Shown piece by piece: positions 24,426 through 38,420 of a stretch of DNA of 64,000 nt (its first letter is position 1; every line of letters starts with the position of its first letter). The notes below the pieces were generated by a model. It did not search any database and was not told where the DNA came from. It was given only the letters and a program-made list of their open reading frames with translations. Origin of the DNA: Octopus sinensis (Eukaryota). The position numbers were made by a program, and so were the translations under genes. The DNA lies in assembly GCF_006345805.1 (NCBI RefSeq), contig NC_043006.1, positions 43,400,001-43,464,000 on the forward strand, in the 5' to 3' direction.

Positions 24426-26829
24426 AAACGGGTACAAATTTGTAAAAGAAGCAATTATTAATTGTAACAAGTTGATGGGCTTTTGCCATGAGAGGCAAGT
24501 CCATAGTAGCCAATGGCAATATCACTTGACACTGGATAGATGTTCTATTTTGGTGTGGGGAGCCTGGCTCAATTCAGACTTCCATGTGAATAGTGAATGG
24601 GATGATGATAAAAGAAGATTTGCTGGTCTCATCCAATAAAGATATGAAAGGAACCTGTCCTTATAAGGTTGGGCTGTGGTAATAAATATCTACATTACCT
24701 TCTGCATTCATTTCCATTTGATTGTCAGGACTTGCTTTGGGTCGAAGCCAACCAAGTCATTATTTATTATACCCTACATGTAAAAATGTGTCAGCTGTTC
24801 TATAGAATTTTATTTTTTATAGCATAACTGAAGACAGAAATAGTCCTTTTAAAATATCTCCATCAGAGACCTCTTCTGGATCATTCCAGGGCTTCTTTGC
24901 CATACAGAGATAAAAGAAAAAAAAAGAAAAAAAGATTAGCTATTTTAAAACTTTTAAACATTACACATTATTTGCATTCATCATTAAAATGGCTCTCCAA
25001 AAATTTGATTAAATATGCATGGAAAGCATGAAAAAAGTCACTTTAGTCACATAGCAAAATGTAAACATTTGACCAAGAGGAAAAAATTATAATTTTATTA
25101 TTTTTTTCTTTTTATAGAAAACACTGTCATTGAAAGGGCTTCCTTCAGAACACAGCAATGACATCGATTACAGCAACAACAATATGAACACACAAGCTCT
25201 TTAACCAACAACCATAATACGTATGTGTTTCACCAAGTGATGGCTTGGACACCCATTTTTTTTTTATGAGAATGGACAGAAATTCAAAATTTAGAAACAG
25301 GAAGCATGTTTCCAGCTTTTCTGCTTTTGCTGGAGCAACCGCAAAGATTGGCACTCAATATGAATTAATCTGGGAGAGAAAGTGTCTGCTCACTAGAGCT
25401 GTGTGACAGGGGTAAGTGCATCAATACGGCAGTCCTTTATGTAACAGCAAGAAAGAGAATATTAAGTTATCTCTTTACCTCAAAAGACAGGATATTTTCT
25501 CATGCTACCAAAAGATCCAATGCAGGCAACCATAACCAATACATGAAATAACGTAATTGTCATGAGTCAATGAAGAAACTATGGAACCAACAAAACCAAA
25601 GACCAAGAAACAGACAACCAAGAATTCAATGAACCTTCTCCCTATAAAGCAATCCTGTCCTCTTTTGGCAGAGAGAAGGAATTCAACCAAGAACAGAGAA
25701 GAGAAACTATCAAGAACTGTAGAAAAGGCAAGTATTAATGATAATGAACAATTCTAATTTAAACTTAGGAAGCATGTAGCTTAGTGGTTAGGGGTATTCG
25801 GCCCATGATAATGAGGTTATGAGTTCAATTCCTGGGAATGTATTGGGTCCTTGAGCAAGATACTTTATTTCATATTGTTCCAGTCCATTCAACTGGCAGA
25901 AATGAGTAGAACCTGTATTTCAAAGGGCCTTGTCACATTCGGTGTCATGCTGACTCTCCCTGAGAACTACATTAAAGGTACATGTGTCTGTGGGGTGCTC
26001 AGCCACTTGCATATTAATTTCACGAGCAAGCTGTTCTGTTGATCGAATCAACTGGAACTCTTCTCATCGGGACCAATGAAGTGTCAGTTAATTTAGACTC
26101 AAAACTGGTAATTTTGAAGGAATGGGGTTGGTCAATACCATCAGGTCTCACACATGATTGGTACTTTATTTCAGTGACCCCGAGAGAATGAAAGGTAGAG
26201 ATGATATTAATGGGATTTGAACTCAGAATGCAAAGAGCCAAAACAAATACCACAAAGCATTTATTCCAAATGAAAATAAAAAGATTCCTCCAAAAGGTAA
26301 AAAATGGACTGGAGGTGAACATGAATGAAACAAACAAAATGTTAATTATTTTCACTGCTCGCCAGTCATCACAAATCTGCAAGGTGATGGAATTGAATTA
26401 TGAGAAGCATGCAAAATACAGAATACCTGTGAAAATTACCTTTATTGGCTATAGATGACTGTATTTAAATCACAACAAAATCATGTCATTTCTTGCTTGC
26501 TCCACCATTTGAACCATTGATGAGCACTTTCAGAACGAGTTTCAGTACCTGGATGAAGTTGTGGATCTCATTCAGAATGGTCTCGTTCATGAAGTTTGTC
26601 TCATTAAATCATATACCTTTTTTTTTGTTATATCTGTGTATATATATATATATATATATATTGATTTAATTATTTTGTGTAATTTAAATAAATGTTATAC
26701 ATCTCAGCATATTGTATACCCACCTCATTCATTTTTATTTTGCTTTGTTAGTTATCCCCAAATATTTTGTATTACCACTGTACACATTTTTATTGAATAA
26801 TTGAATGGGAACTGGTAGCAATAATAAAG

Positions 26830-26840
26830 GAAAGATAATA

Positions 26841-26886
<46 letters not shown>

Positions 26887-26901
26887 TATTATTATTATTG
26901 C

Positions 26902-26938
<37 letters not shown>

Positions 26939-26949
26939 GCTATTATTGC

Positions 26950-26980
<31 letters not shown>

Positions 26981-27055
26981 GCTATCATCATCATCATCAT
27001 CATCATCATCATTATTATTGTTGTTGTTGTTGTTGTTGTCATTGTCATTGTCCTT
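26830..27055. repeat. Compound (TAT)n-(CAT)n-(TGT)n microsatellite
   Basis: Direct reading. Confidence 0.9.
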
Positions 27056-27899
27056 GTTGTTGTTCTGCCTTGTGATGAATGGACATTTTTAACAAAGCCA
27101 TGAAAATTTGATTTTACAATGTTTGATTTGATGGAAAGGGTATTTTTTTTTTTTATAATTCTTTTGCCAACAAAAGGGCTTTAGAACATTTGTGCGTCCA
27201 TCTCATTACTCTGGGGATGATAAAACAAGGTTTCTCCTTGAATATTATTTTATTTTTGATATTTGTACAAACATTTGTTTGCTAGTATTCAAGATGGCCA
27301 CATCAGAGAAGCAGAAAGAAATACTAGCCACAAAAATAATAGCACAAAAATATTTTGAGATAAAAAAAAAGTAGATAAATATTTTTTTAAATGAATAAAA
27401 AAACAGGTTTTTAAAAAAAGTAGTAACAGAGGAAAAAGGATGGTTGTACAGATAGACATGTTTATAAACACAGACATTCATACTTTAATAAGCACAAATA
27501 GTGAAAACAGAAACTTTGAAAACAAAGTTTTCAGAATGAAATATTGATCATGGATCAGCTCTCAGTAAAAAGAAACAAAATGTTGGAGGTATGTTACAAA
27601 GGATTGTACCTCCTTTCCTGACAATATCATTAAAGAGAGGGCAAGGGGGAAAGTGATATGCCACTACTTTTTGACAAATGGGAAGAGTTTCCATATCCAC
27701 ACTCATAGATGCAGTTATCAGAAAACCTGCGCAATGTTTACAAATATGTTTGTAAACACAGGCATTTTACTTTAACAATTATAAGTGACAAACACCATGT
27801 ATAGTATGATATGTACTCAATGGATGAATGTAGAGTGTACAGAAGTGTGTGTCTGACATTTAAGACCAAGGACAATGCTTTGTACATCTGCCTACATGT

Positions 27900-28128
27900 T
27901 TAACCCTTTAGTGTTCAGATTACTCTGTTAAATGTAATGCTTTTTTATTTAAATTGTTTTGAATTAATCATGCATTATCTTATAGCTTTGAGGTTTCAAT
28001 GATATGATTGTTTATTTTTAGAGTGTCAATGTAGGTTAGGTGTGAGAGGCTAGATATGGCCAGTTTGAATATAAAATATGTAGAATATATTGGGCTGGAT
28101 TTGGCCAGTTTAAGCACTAAAGGGTTAA
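27900..28128. mobile_element. piggyBac-type MITE
   Basis: TTAACCCTTTAGTG ... CACTAAAGGGTTAA, a perfect 14-bp inverted terminus including TTAA. Confidence 0.75.
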
Positions 28129-28939
28129 GCCATAATATATGGAGGGACAAAATACAAGAGTTATATTAAAAGCAGGAGAAATAAAGAAGAAAATTGGGAA
28201 TTGGGAACCAACAAAATCCAGAAATCATTGTTTCCAAAGAACAATTGGTCGCAATTTTGAGGACTGCATGAATAATCATGTCCATTTAAGGAGTCAATGA
28301 GTTGGTAGAACACCAAGAAGTCTTCACAATGCACTCTATCATTATTTTCAATTTCCATAAGTTTCTTTTTTTTTTAATTCTTGTTTGTTTATTTTTTAAA
28401 TGTCACAGTCATTGGACTGCAGTCATCCTGGGGCACAGCCTTGAAGAGTTTAATTAAACAAATTAACCCCAGTACTTATTTTTAAGTCTGTTATTTATTC
28501 TACAAGTCTCTTTTTGTTAAACCGATAAGTTATGGGAATATAAACAAACCATTATTGGTTGTCAAGTGATGAGGCAGGAGATAAAAACACATAGATAAAT
28601 AGAGAGACAGACAGACAGATAGATAACTAGATAGATAGATAGATAGATATATAGAGATAGATAGATAGATAGATAGATAGATAGGTAGTAGGTAGGTAGA
28701 TTGATAGACAGATAGTTATATATATATAGCATAATTAAATCTCAGAATGAGATTGAAACAGTAATCGCTCAATAACGTAAAGTATAGAAGCCATCTTATC
28801 ATGGCTAACCACATTGGGGAGGGGATGTTACTGTAGCTTTATAGCCCCAAGAGATCTTCGTCTCTAGCTGGCTCTAAACACAATATCTGTGTCTTTGGAG
28901 TATTTGCAAAGGGAGGCCATCCCTTCCTCGCAAGCCTGA

Positions 28940-29191
28940 GTGATACGCTCGAACTAGTTTCAGGATGGTTGTCCCTCGTCAACGGGCGGTAACCACCAGG
29001 TAGTGATGAAAGTGAAGGCTCCTTTGCAAATAGATATAAGTTTTTCTAATGGCGTCTGCCACTGATGTCGAAAAACGTTCGAGCGTATCACTTATATCTA
29101 TTTGCAAAGGAGCCTTCACTTTCATCGCTACCTGGTGGTTACCGCCCGTTGACGAGGGACAACCATCCCGAAACTAGTTCGAGCGTACCAC
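28940..29191. mobile_element. Inverted pLTR pair of a Penelope-like element
   Basis: 28940-29040 and 29091-29191 are about 100-bp near-perfect inverted repeats, each containing a hammerhead motif. Confidence 0.65.
29143..29185 (+). ncRNA. Minimal type I hammerhead motif, family F3 (mirror copy at 28946-28988, minus)
   Basis: CGCCCG-TTGACGA-GGGA caacca TCCC-GAAAC-TA-GTT-CGAGCG; palindromic stem III AACTAGTT; C3U variant. Confidence 0.6.
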
Positions 29192-32100
29192 CAGGCCATG
29201 TGTCTCCACAATATGGTCAATGCTGTAAAGTATTTAACTGGTATTATTTATCTTTTACTTGTTTCAGTAATTGTTCTGCTTCCATACTGGAGCACCACCT
29301 CAACAGGTTTAGTCAAACAAACAACCCTATTGCTTATTTCCAAGTCTGGTACATATTTTATGCCAATTTTGCAAAACCAATAAGTCACGCTGGACATAAA
29401 CAAGCCAGTACTGTTTATCAAGCACTGGCGAGTATCAAACACATCACAAACACACACACTCACAGTGGGCTTCCTCACAGTTTCCATCAGCAAAATTCGT
29501 TCAGAAGGCTTTAGTCAGTCTGGGGCTAAAGTAGAAGATACTTGCCCAAGTGCTGCACAGATGGACTGAACCTTTGTTTGTAATTGAAGGCTTGTCACAA
29601 GAACAATTTGGAATATAGTCAACTGAATTAAATTCCCTTATGAGATCAATATTTATTTTATCAACCTCAAAAGGATGTAAAGCAAATATATGTAAAGCAA
29701 GATTTGAACTTAGAACACTAGGGTCTAAATATGGTACTACTGGTAAGTGCACATTACTCCAAAAGCATCATAGGGTCAGTTTCCTGTTTTCTCTGAATGG
29801 GATGCTAGCCCAATGCAGGATTATTCACTTTGCCAGCTTAGTGGACTGGGCCAATGCGAAATGAAGTGCTTTGGTCAAGAACACAACACATTGTCCAATC
29901 CAGGAATCGAAACCACAATCTTACAATCATGAGTCCAACACCCTAACCACTAAGCCACGTGCTTCCATTAATAATGGTTTCAAATTTTGGCACAAGGCCA
30001 GCAATTTTGGAGGAGGAGGTAAGTCAATATCATCGACCATAATGTTTCACTGGTACTTAATTTATCAACCCTGAAAGAATGAAAGGTGAAGACCCCGAAA
30101 GGATGACAGGCAGTGGAATTTGAACTCAGAATGTAAAGACGGACGAAGTGCTGCTAAGCATTTGGACCAGCATGCTAACGATCCTGCCAGCTCACCACTT
30201 CATGCTTCCACTAATCCCTGGCCCTCCATTGGTTGCAACAACAAGGGTTCCAGTTGATACAATCAACGGAACAACCTGTTCGTGAAATTAACAAGCAAAT
30301 GCTTGAGTGCTCCACAGACATGTGAACCCTTAATGCAGTTCTCAGGGAGATTCAGTGTGACACAGAATGTGACAAAACTGGCCCTTTGAAATACAGTTAC
30401 AACTCATTTTTGCCAGCTGAGTGGACTAGAGCAACGTGAAATAAAATAACTTGCTCAAGGACACAGCATACTGCTGGGAATTGAACTCATGACCTTATGA
30501 TTTTGAGTTGAATACCCTAACCACCAAGTCACATGCCTCTACTAGAGGCACATTAATTCTATGTTATTCTGTTTCTGCTATGCCACAACATTTTTTCTTC
30601 CTGTGTAAAAATACTGAAGCCAAACAAGCCAAAAAGGAAAATCAGGATTTGAAATATCAACCCCATGGCTGGTAATAGGAACCGTTTTATCATTAGAATG
30701 GAACCTCGAGGGTAGAAATTTTATACAAACTAAATTTGCATTAAAAAGCAATATATGAACCTGAAGACATCCAGTCTTTTTTTCACCTGTTTGTTTGTTT
30801 TGTTTTTTTTATTTTGCCTTCGTTCTGTGTCCAATCTAAGATAAGGGTGTTACTTCAGAACAGTGTGTTCACACTAATCTAATGAAGTTAATCACACAAA
30901 GTTTTTTAAAAAAATAATATAAAACAAATCAATAAATAAATGAAAACTACTTGAAAAATCCTAAGTTGGATATTGATTTTCTTGCTCAAAATCTGAAAAT
31001 ATTGTTTGGATCTCTCCTTCAAAGCACCATATTGAAATGGGCTGTGGCCAAGCTATGGAGGTTATAACCCAGAAAAACTGATTTCTCAGTATCATGATTA
31101 TCTCTCCCTACCAACTCGCATTTTTTTATATCTTTTATTTATTTTTATTTTGTAGTTTTATTCTTTTTCTTAGTGAGAGATCCTTCTGTCTTTGAAACAA
31201 AATTAATTTTGCTTTTAATGTCCTGCTGCTAATGGAGAGGAATTTATCAAGCTCTGAGATCATTAATTATGTAAGATGTTGACTGAGAATCAAATTCCAG
31301 ATGTCAAAGACCTGTCTAAAGCTTCACACATCTCATTGAATTGTTGATCACCTTGCCCTACCTTTCATCTTCAATCTTTCTTCTTATTCTAACCCTGCCT
31401 CCTACAATGACTTCCTAAAGTTGAAGCTTCCAGCTGTAGTTTGCATATTTTATAACAAGCATTACAAGAACATTTTCAGATCCTAAAAATTAAACTCTTG
31501 AGATTTTCTGCCATGCATACTTTTCCTCTTGCTACCTCTGATCACTGAGACTAAGAATTATTGACATCTTGACAGTAAATATCTCAACACATTTACGCTC
31601 TACTGGCAAAGCATGAAAACCACAACATCTTTCTTCAACTCCTCTAAAATACTTTATAATTAAAAGACATGGCTGTGTTGTTGAGAAGTTCAGTTTGAAA
31701 TCACATGGTTTCAGGGTCAGTTCCACTGCTTGGCACTTTGGGCCAAGTGTCTTTTACTATTGCTTCAGGCCAACCAATGCCTTTTGAATGAATTTTATAG
31801 ATGGAAACTGTGTTGAAGCCTACGGTGTATACATATTCTCTTTTTCTCAAAGCACACACACATAAAGCTATAAATAATAGCATAAAAATATTGGATTGTA
31901 AAAACCTTCTGGATAGAAAAAGTTGAAGGCTTCCCATTGGATATGAATCTACATCTCCTGTAGACATGACAGGCTTTCTACCATTGGACCAAAGTAATTA
32001 TTCAAATTTTTCTATCCATTTTTGAAACTTTTTCTTACCAGCCATATTTTTACCCTAATAATTTGTCACTGATTCAGTGGTTTTTGCATTTGAGGTTAGT

Positions 32101-32804
32101 CTCACACTCCATTGGTTCTAATATCCCAGCTGCTAACCAATAAAATCAATGAAGAAACTAGCACAACCTTATCTTCATTTAATTAATTCAAACCCTTAAA
32201 ATTCATGTATGTATTCCAAAATAGAAACAAAAGATCTCTGACTAAAGATTACTGCTATATTCAAATTAATATATTAATAGCATATGGAGTGCTCATGTGA
32301 ATTGTTAGCAGAAGGGAGGTAATGACTTCTTCATAATATTTGGTGGGATTAGAAATTTGAACTTGGAATCAAAGACTAAAGGAAAGAATGCATTGGATAT
32401 ATACACACATATAACTGAATGGGTAATAAATAAGAAGGGTGTGTAGCATTACATTAAATAAGTTCCAAAATTTGAACAGAAACAAAACAAAGGAACAAAT
32501 GGAAATTCACACACAAGACAGGACATTGCTTATTCCTCGTCAGTTATTGTTCAAAAGATCCTCACATTTTCACATGTTTAATGATAATATTGTTTGCTTT
32601 TGGTGGTGTCATAAAGGAGAAGCTGCTGAGAATAGTGCATGTACAGGGGTCAGTGATTGTCTAGTCTTCAAAAGACTGTGAGCAGGTAGAGTCATTAGCA
32701 TGGTGGATAAAACTCTTAATAATATTTCTTCCAGCTTTACATTCTATGTTCAAATTCTGCCAAGGTCAACTTTGGCTTTTGTCCTTTCAGGATGATTAAA
32801 ATAA

Positions 32805-33062
32805 AGTACTAGTTGAGCAATGAAGCTGATTTAATTAAATAGTTCCCTCCTGCTAAATTTTTAGTCTTAGGTAACCATATACAGCACCTTTAGTACCAGT
32901 TGAACAATGAAGCTAATTTCATTAACTAGCTCCCTCCCCTTAAATTTTTAGTCTTAGGTAACCATATACAGCACCTTTAGTACCAGTTGAACAATGAAGC
33001 TAATTTAATTAACTAGCTCCCTTCCCTTAAATTTTTAGTCTTAGGTAGCCATATACAACACC
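32805..33062. repeat. About 77-bp tandem repeat, about 3.3 copies
   Basis: AGTACCAGTTGAACAATGAAGCTAATTT..TTTTTAGTCTTAGGTAACCATATACAGCACC repeated; seeded from a SINE B tail. Confidence 0.85.
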
Positions 33063-35445
33063 ATTTCATTCTTTTTTTAAATCCCTTTACTTTGGAATTT
33101 CTTTTCTTGTCTTTTTTTAATTTATTTTATTTATTTATTTATTTTAGATTAAACCCCTGAAGGCAAAGCAAAGATTTCCACAAGAAAGAAAATTGGAATT
33201 TGAAAATTTTGATGAATTGCCTGTCTTTTTACGGTGACAGAATTAACTCTTCTTCATAACTTTATTTCTTTCAACTTTTCACCTTTTACTTATCTGATTT
33301 CAATAAGTACACACAACTTCGACTATAAATAACGTAATTCTCAATCGAACGCACTATTGATGCAAATATAGTTTTCCTCTATAACTATATGAATTCCATA
33401 GCTATTCTACTGAAGAAGTTGGCAGGCACAGGTATGGCTTGATATGTGCAGGTGTGCTTACATATACAGGTGTGCTTATAGATGTAGGCGTGCTTACAGA
33501 TGCAGGTAAAGCTTAAGGTTGTGAGGCTCACTTTGCAATCACATGGCTTTTGGTTCAATCCCATTGGGACACTATGCATGTTTCTTCTATCAACTCTAGT
33601 CTTTGTGACTGAATTTGGTTGATAGAAACTGTGTGGAAGTCCTCTATATGTGTACACACACACACACGTACACACACGTACACACACATACACACACATA
33701 CAACATATATATATATGTGTGTATATATGAAAGGGCAGTGAACTGGCAGAAACATTAGCACGCTGGGCGAAATGCTTAGTGGTATTTTGTCTGCAGTTAC
33801 ATTCTGAGTTCAAATTTCTCCAAAGTCGACTTTGCCTTTCATCCTTTCGGGGTCGATTAAATAAGTACCAGTTACGTACTAGGATCATCGACTTAATCCC
33901 TTTCTCTGTCCCCTCTATGTGTAGCCCCCTGTGGGCAATGAAGAAATATATATATATGTGTGTGTGTGTATGTATGCATGTATGTGTGTGTCTGTATATG
34001 TGTGTGTATGTATGTATGCATGTATGTATGTGTGTGTCTGTATTTATGTGTGTGTATTGATAGATAGACCCTGGAAGACCTGGTGGGGAAGCATGACTTT
34101 CGAACATTGGGCCTCACCGAGACAATGACTAGTGAGTGGGACCCTCAGAAATATGCTGTGTTTGAGAAGACTCAACAAGCTAAGTGAGACTATAACCTCG
34201 TGGCCTATGCCACGGGTGTAACCTGCCCACTTATGCGTACCATCCGAGCATGATCATTGCCAGAGCAACAAGCTGGCTTCCATGCCGGTGACATGAAAAG
34301 CACCATTCAAGTGTGATCGTTACCTGCTTCGCCTTACTGGCACTTGTGCTGGTGGCACATGAAAAAACATTCGAACGAGGTCGTTGCCAGTGCAGCTGGA
34401 CTGGCTCCTGTGCAGTTGGCATATAAAAAGCACAATTTGAGTGTGGCTATTGCCAGTACCACCTGACTGGCCCTCATGCCGGTAGCATGTAAAAATCACC
34501 CACTACCCTCTCGGAGTGGTCAGCGTTAGGAAGGGCATCCAGCTGTGGAAACTTTTCCAGATCAGAGTGGAGCCTGGTGCAGCCATCTGGTTCACCAGAC
34601 CTCAGTCAAATCATCCGACCCATGCTAGCATGGAAAGCGGACGTTAAACGATGATGATATATATATATATATATATATATATGTCAGAGATGACTCCAGG
34701 TCATCAGTGTCACTCAGGCTCATCACAGATTTTACATAAGACACATGCCTGTTCAAAGAATTTAATGCTTTTCCACAATATTTCTAGCCCCAAATGGCTT
34801 GTTTTTCATATCTAGCACTATGTCTTTCTTCCATTTCTAAGTTGAGGGTAAAAATAAAGCAATCTTGCAAAACACAACTGATCTTTACATACAGACACAC
34901 AGAATAACAGCAATTAAATAGCAACAGCGGGGTGCACAACAAACATCAGTGACCTGACTGTCGCCTGTACTCTTCACAAGAGATGCCTGTTAGTCTTTTA
35001 CACCTACCAAGCTCCTTCGTATTAGCCCGAGTTGCTGGATAATTTTTCATTCTTTTAATAATATTGTAGAACAGAAACTTTTCATAGATTGGAATCTAAA
35101 TCCTAATCTCTATAGAAATTTATTGTTTCAAGAAAACATTGAATTTGAATTACTTTTAATTTTTACGATTATAGATCACAACTCAGGCTGTAAACGATGT
35201 CAAGAGAACATCTGCTACAAATGATACTTCTTGACACAGGGCACCTCTAAGACGGCTGCCAGACATTGAATGAAAATAAATGAACTGCGACCAGGCTCAA
35301 TAACGGGAGCCCGGGTTATTGACTGCAATTATATACTTGAAGTCAGTGTTGGCAGAAATTAAATCAGCTTGCAAATACACACTCACTTTGCTAAATTTAT
35401 ACTCAGGTTAAGCCCAAACAACCTGAGTGCTGGAGCCACCACTGT

Positions 35446-35506
<61 letters not shown>

Positions 35507-35863
35507 CATCATCATCATTATCATTTAGCGTCCGCTTTCCATGCTAGCATGGGTTGGATGGTTCAACTGGGGTCTGTGAAGCCAGAAAGCTGCATCAGGC
35601 CCAGTCTGATCTGGCAGTGTTTCTACAGCTGGATGCCCTTCCTAACGCCAACCACTCCGTGAGTGTAGTGGGTGCTTTTTACGTGCCACCTGCACAGGTG
35701 CCAGATGGAGCTGGCAAACGGTCACGGATGGATGGTGCCTTTTACGTGCCACCAGCACGGGCGCAATATCCCTGCATATCTCACATCTATTTTCATTCCT
35801 CCACCTCACTCTCTATTTCATATCGTATCTAAATTAACTATTGCTTAGCCATTTTCTCACACC

Positions 35864-35911
35864 GTCTCCGATGAAGGGATATAATAAATATCCTAGAAAC
35901 AGCTGTAAGAC
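35864..35911 (+). ncRNA. Minimal type I hammerhead motif, family F4 (U4C variant)
   Basis: GTCT-CCGATGA-AG-GGATAT aataa ATATCC-TA-GAAAC-AGCT-GTA-AGAC; palindromic ACAGCTGT; GUA triplet. Confidence 0.55.
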
Positions 35912-36754
35912 CTTCTATTTATAAATGTTCTAAAATCTACGCACCATTGGTTTTTTATCTCATTACGGAAATAAACATACACACACTCATGTGCACATGC
36001 ATGCAAGCACACACACGCATGCACAAACACACACACTCACACAAACACACATACATATGGAGAAGTATGACCTGATGGTTAAGTTGTAGCACTCGTGATT
36101 GTATGATAGTGGTTTTGGTCCCTGGACTGGGTGATGTGTTGTGTCCCTGAGCAAAATATTTCACTTCATGCTGCTCCTGTCCTCTCAGCTGGCAAAAATG
36201 ATTAATCCTAGTAATCCCAGTAATCCTACAAGAGACTTATCTGATCCAGTGGGAGGAGTCTGTACACCACAAAATCTGGGAAACTGATTTTATGAGGGAA
36301 ACAGATAAAGGGAGTAGTCGTGCTGGAGTGCAGAAGCACTAGCATAACTGGAGGTGGCAGGGGGCACCTAGCAAAAGTGAGTTGTACCTGTAATTCAAAG
36401 GGGCCAGCCTTGTCACATTTTACGTCATTTTGAATCTCCCTAAGAACTACATTAAGGACACATATGTCTGCAGGGTGCTCAGCCACTTGTATATTAATTT
36501 TGTGAACAGGCTGTTCCGTTGATTGGATCAATTTGAACCCTCATTATATCACAATCTGAGGATTATATCACAATCTGAGGATTGTGATATAATGCTAAAA
36601 CACGTTTGATAAGATGGTTACTGAGAGCGAAAAGTTCAAGAGGAAGTTTTTTTTTTTTATGGTAGTTACCCCCAGCAAGGTGAGCAGCAAAATGCAATAA
36701 AAGAGATTCCAAGGCGCATTTAGTTTGTTAGAAGTTGTGAAAGAAAAGGGGAAA

Positions 36755-37325
36755 TATAAACATCTAATGAGAAAACTGCTTTGAAATCTGTAAATAACCA
36801 ACAGGGGATTTAGAAGAATTAAGATTATATCTTTCAAGGAAACAAGGATAAGAGAAACAGCTCCATAAGACAGATGCTTAAGGAAATATATTTCAAAGAA
36901 TTAAAATAATCTGTATTAAGGAAACAAGATGTATGAACAGGGTTCTGTGAAACAAATAAATATTTTTGAGGAAAGATTTTCAACAATTACAATAATCCAT
37001 TTGGAAGGAAAAAAAGAAAAAAGGAAGAGAGTTCGATAAGACAGATGTTTGAGAATAGAATTTAAAAGAATGAAGACTATATCTATTTGGAAAACAAGAA
37101 AAATTAAGAGTTTTCTAAGATAGCTGTTCAAAGAAAGAATTTGAAAGTATTATGGTTGGAACTAAAGAAACAAGAAGGAAGAGAGCTCCATAAGAGAGAT
37201 GTCTTTTGGAACTCCCTTCAAAAGAAAAAACAAATATATCTACTAGGAACACAATAAAAGGCAAGAGAATTCCATAAAACAGATGTTTGAGGAAAAACTT
37301 CAAAGGAATTAGAATTATATTTATT
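36755..37325 (+). repeat. Diverged about 80-85 bp purine-rich minisatellite, about 7 units
   Basis: Recurring AGGAAACAAG..CTCCATAAGACAGATG..GAGGAAA..GAATTA.AAT.AT. Confidence 0.6.
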
Positions 37326-37949
37326 ATAATTTGGTAATGAGCACCTACAACAGGCACTGGTGCTGGTGCCATGTAAAAAGCACTGTTGATTGGTGCCATG
37401 TAAAAAGCACCTGGTATATCTTGTAAAGTGGTTGGCATTCTTTGGCTAGATTCTCTTCCTAATGCCAACCACTTTACAGAAAGTACTGGGTAATTTTTAC
37501 ATGATACCAGTGCTTTTTATGTGGCCCCAGTGCCAGCAGTGGAAACCAAGCAAAAACAGGCTATAGAACCCGGTGCAGCTCCTGGCCTTGCCAGCTCCAG
37601 TCAAACTGTCCAACCCATGGAAAATGGATATTAAATCACACTAACGTTTTAATAATTGGTATTTAAGGCCTCCACCAGTAATGGTCGACTGTGTTTCTGA
37701 AACTGGAAAGTTTCCTTTTGAAGGCAAGATTTTTTGAAGGCAAGATTTTTTCTTATGTTTTTCTTTTTATTGAAAACTAGCATGTATGCAAGTCTCATCA
37801 CTTCTGGCCACCACTGTTATCCAAAGCAAAGGCCAGGGTTAATAGAACTTAGCACTAGTATCGTTTGAGGTGAACTCAAACCATAAAACATTTTTGTCCA
37901 ACCCCTACCAGCCTACTATCAATTACTTTTACTTAATTAAGCTCTTCAT

Positions 37950-38420
37950 TTCCTTTGGAGCAGAGGCAATAAGAAACCTTTTCCACCATTCTCAACACTG
38001 GGATGTCTTTTCTGCTTCTCTCTTGATGAATCCCTGCTATTTCAGCCCTGCTTTTGGGTCTCCTCTCTTCTGCTTCCTTTGTTGACATCAAGTCAGGGCC
38101 TGACATGTCCTCTGAAGGATGGCCCTTCTCTTCCAGGTCTTGTTCCTTTTCAATTTTCAGCAATGCTTCTGTAACTTGGCTGTTTTCCAGTTAGGGTTGT
38201 TGATCCCATGCAAAGCCTATTTTTATCTCTTGGAAGAAGTGGCCCATAATAATCTGGCCTTTGTTTCTTGACCTGTCTAGGGTGAGCAGTCCTACCTTGA
38301 GCACTAGCTCTCTGCTGGCATAGCACTCGGAGTAATTGAAGCACAGAAGCTATCACATCACAACAAGGACTGGACCTTGTTATGGAATCCACTACCCAGG
38401 ACTGATATATTATTTTATTG
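37950..38420 (-). mobile_element. Possible decayed RTE RT C-terminal fragment
   Basis: QVKKQRPDYYG/H..KIE/GTRPGR across frameshifts; weak. Confidence 0.35.

Noticed and set aside
31270-31420. DLSKA-like RT motif
   Set aside because: A single degenerate motif with no continuing frame.
32805-33062. CRISPR-like array
   Set aside because: Whole units repeat with no unique spacers, and the context is eukaryotic; it is a simple tandem duplication.
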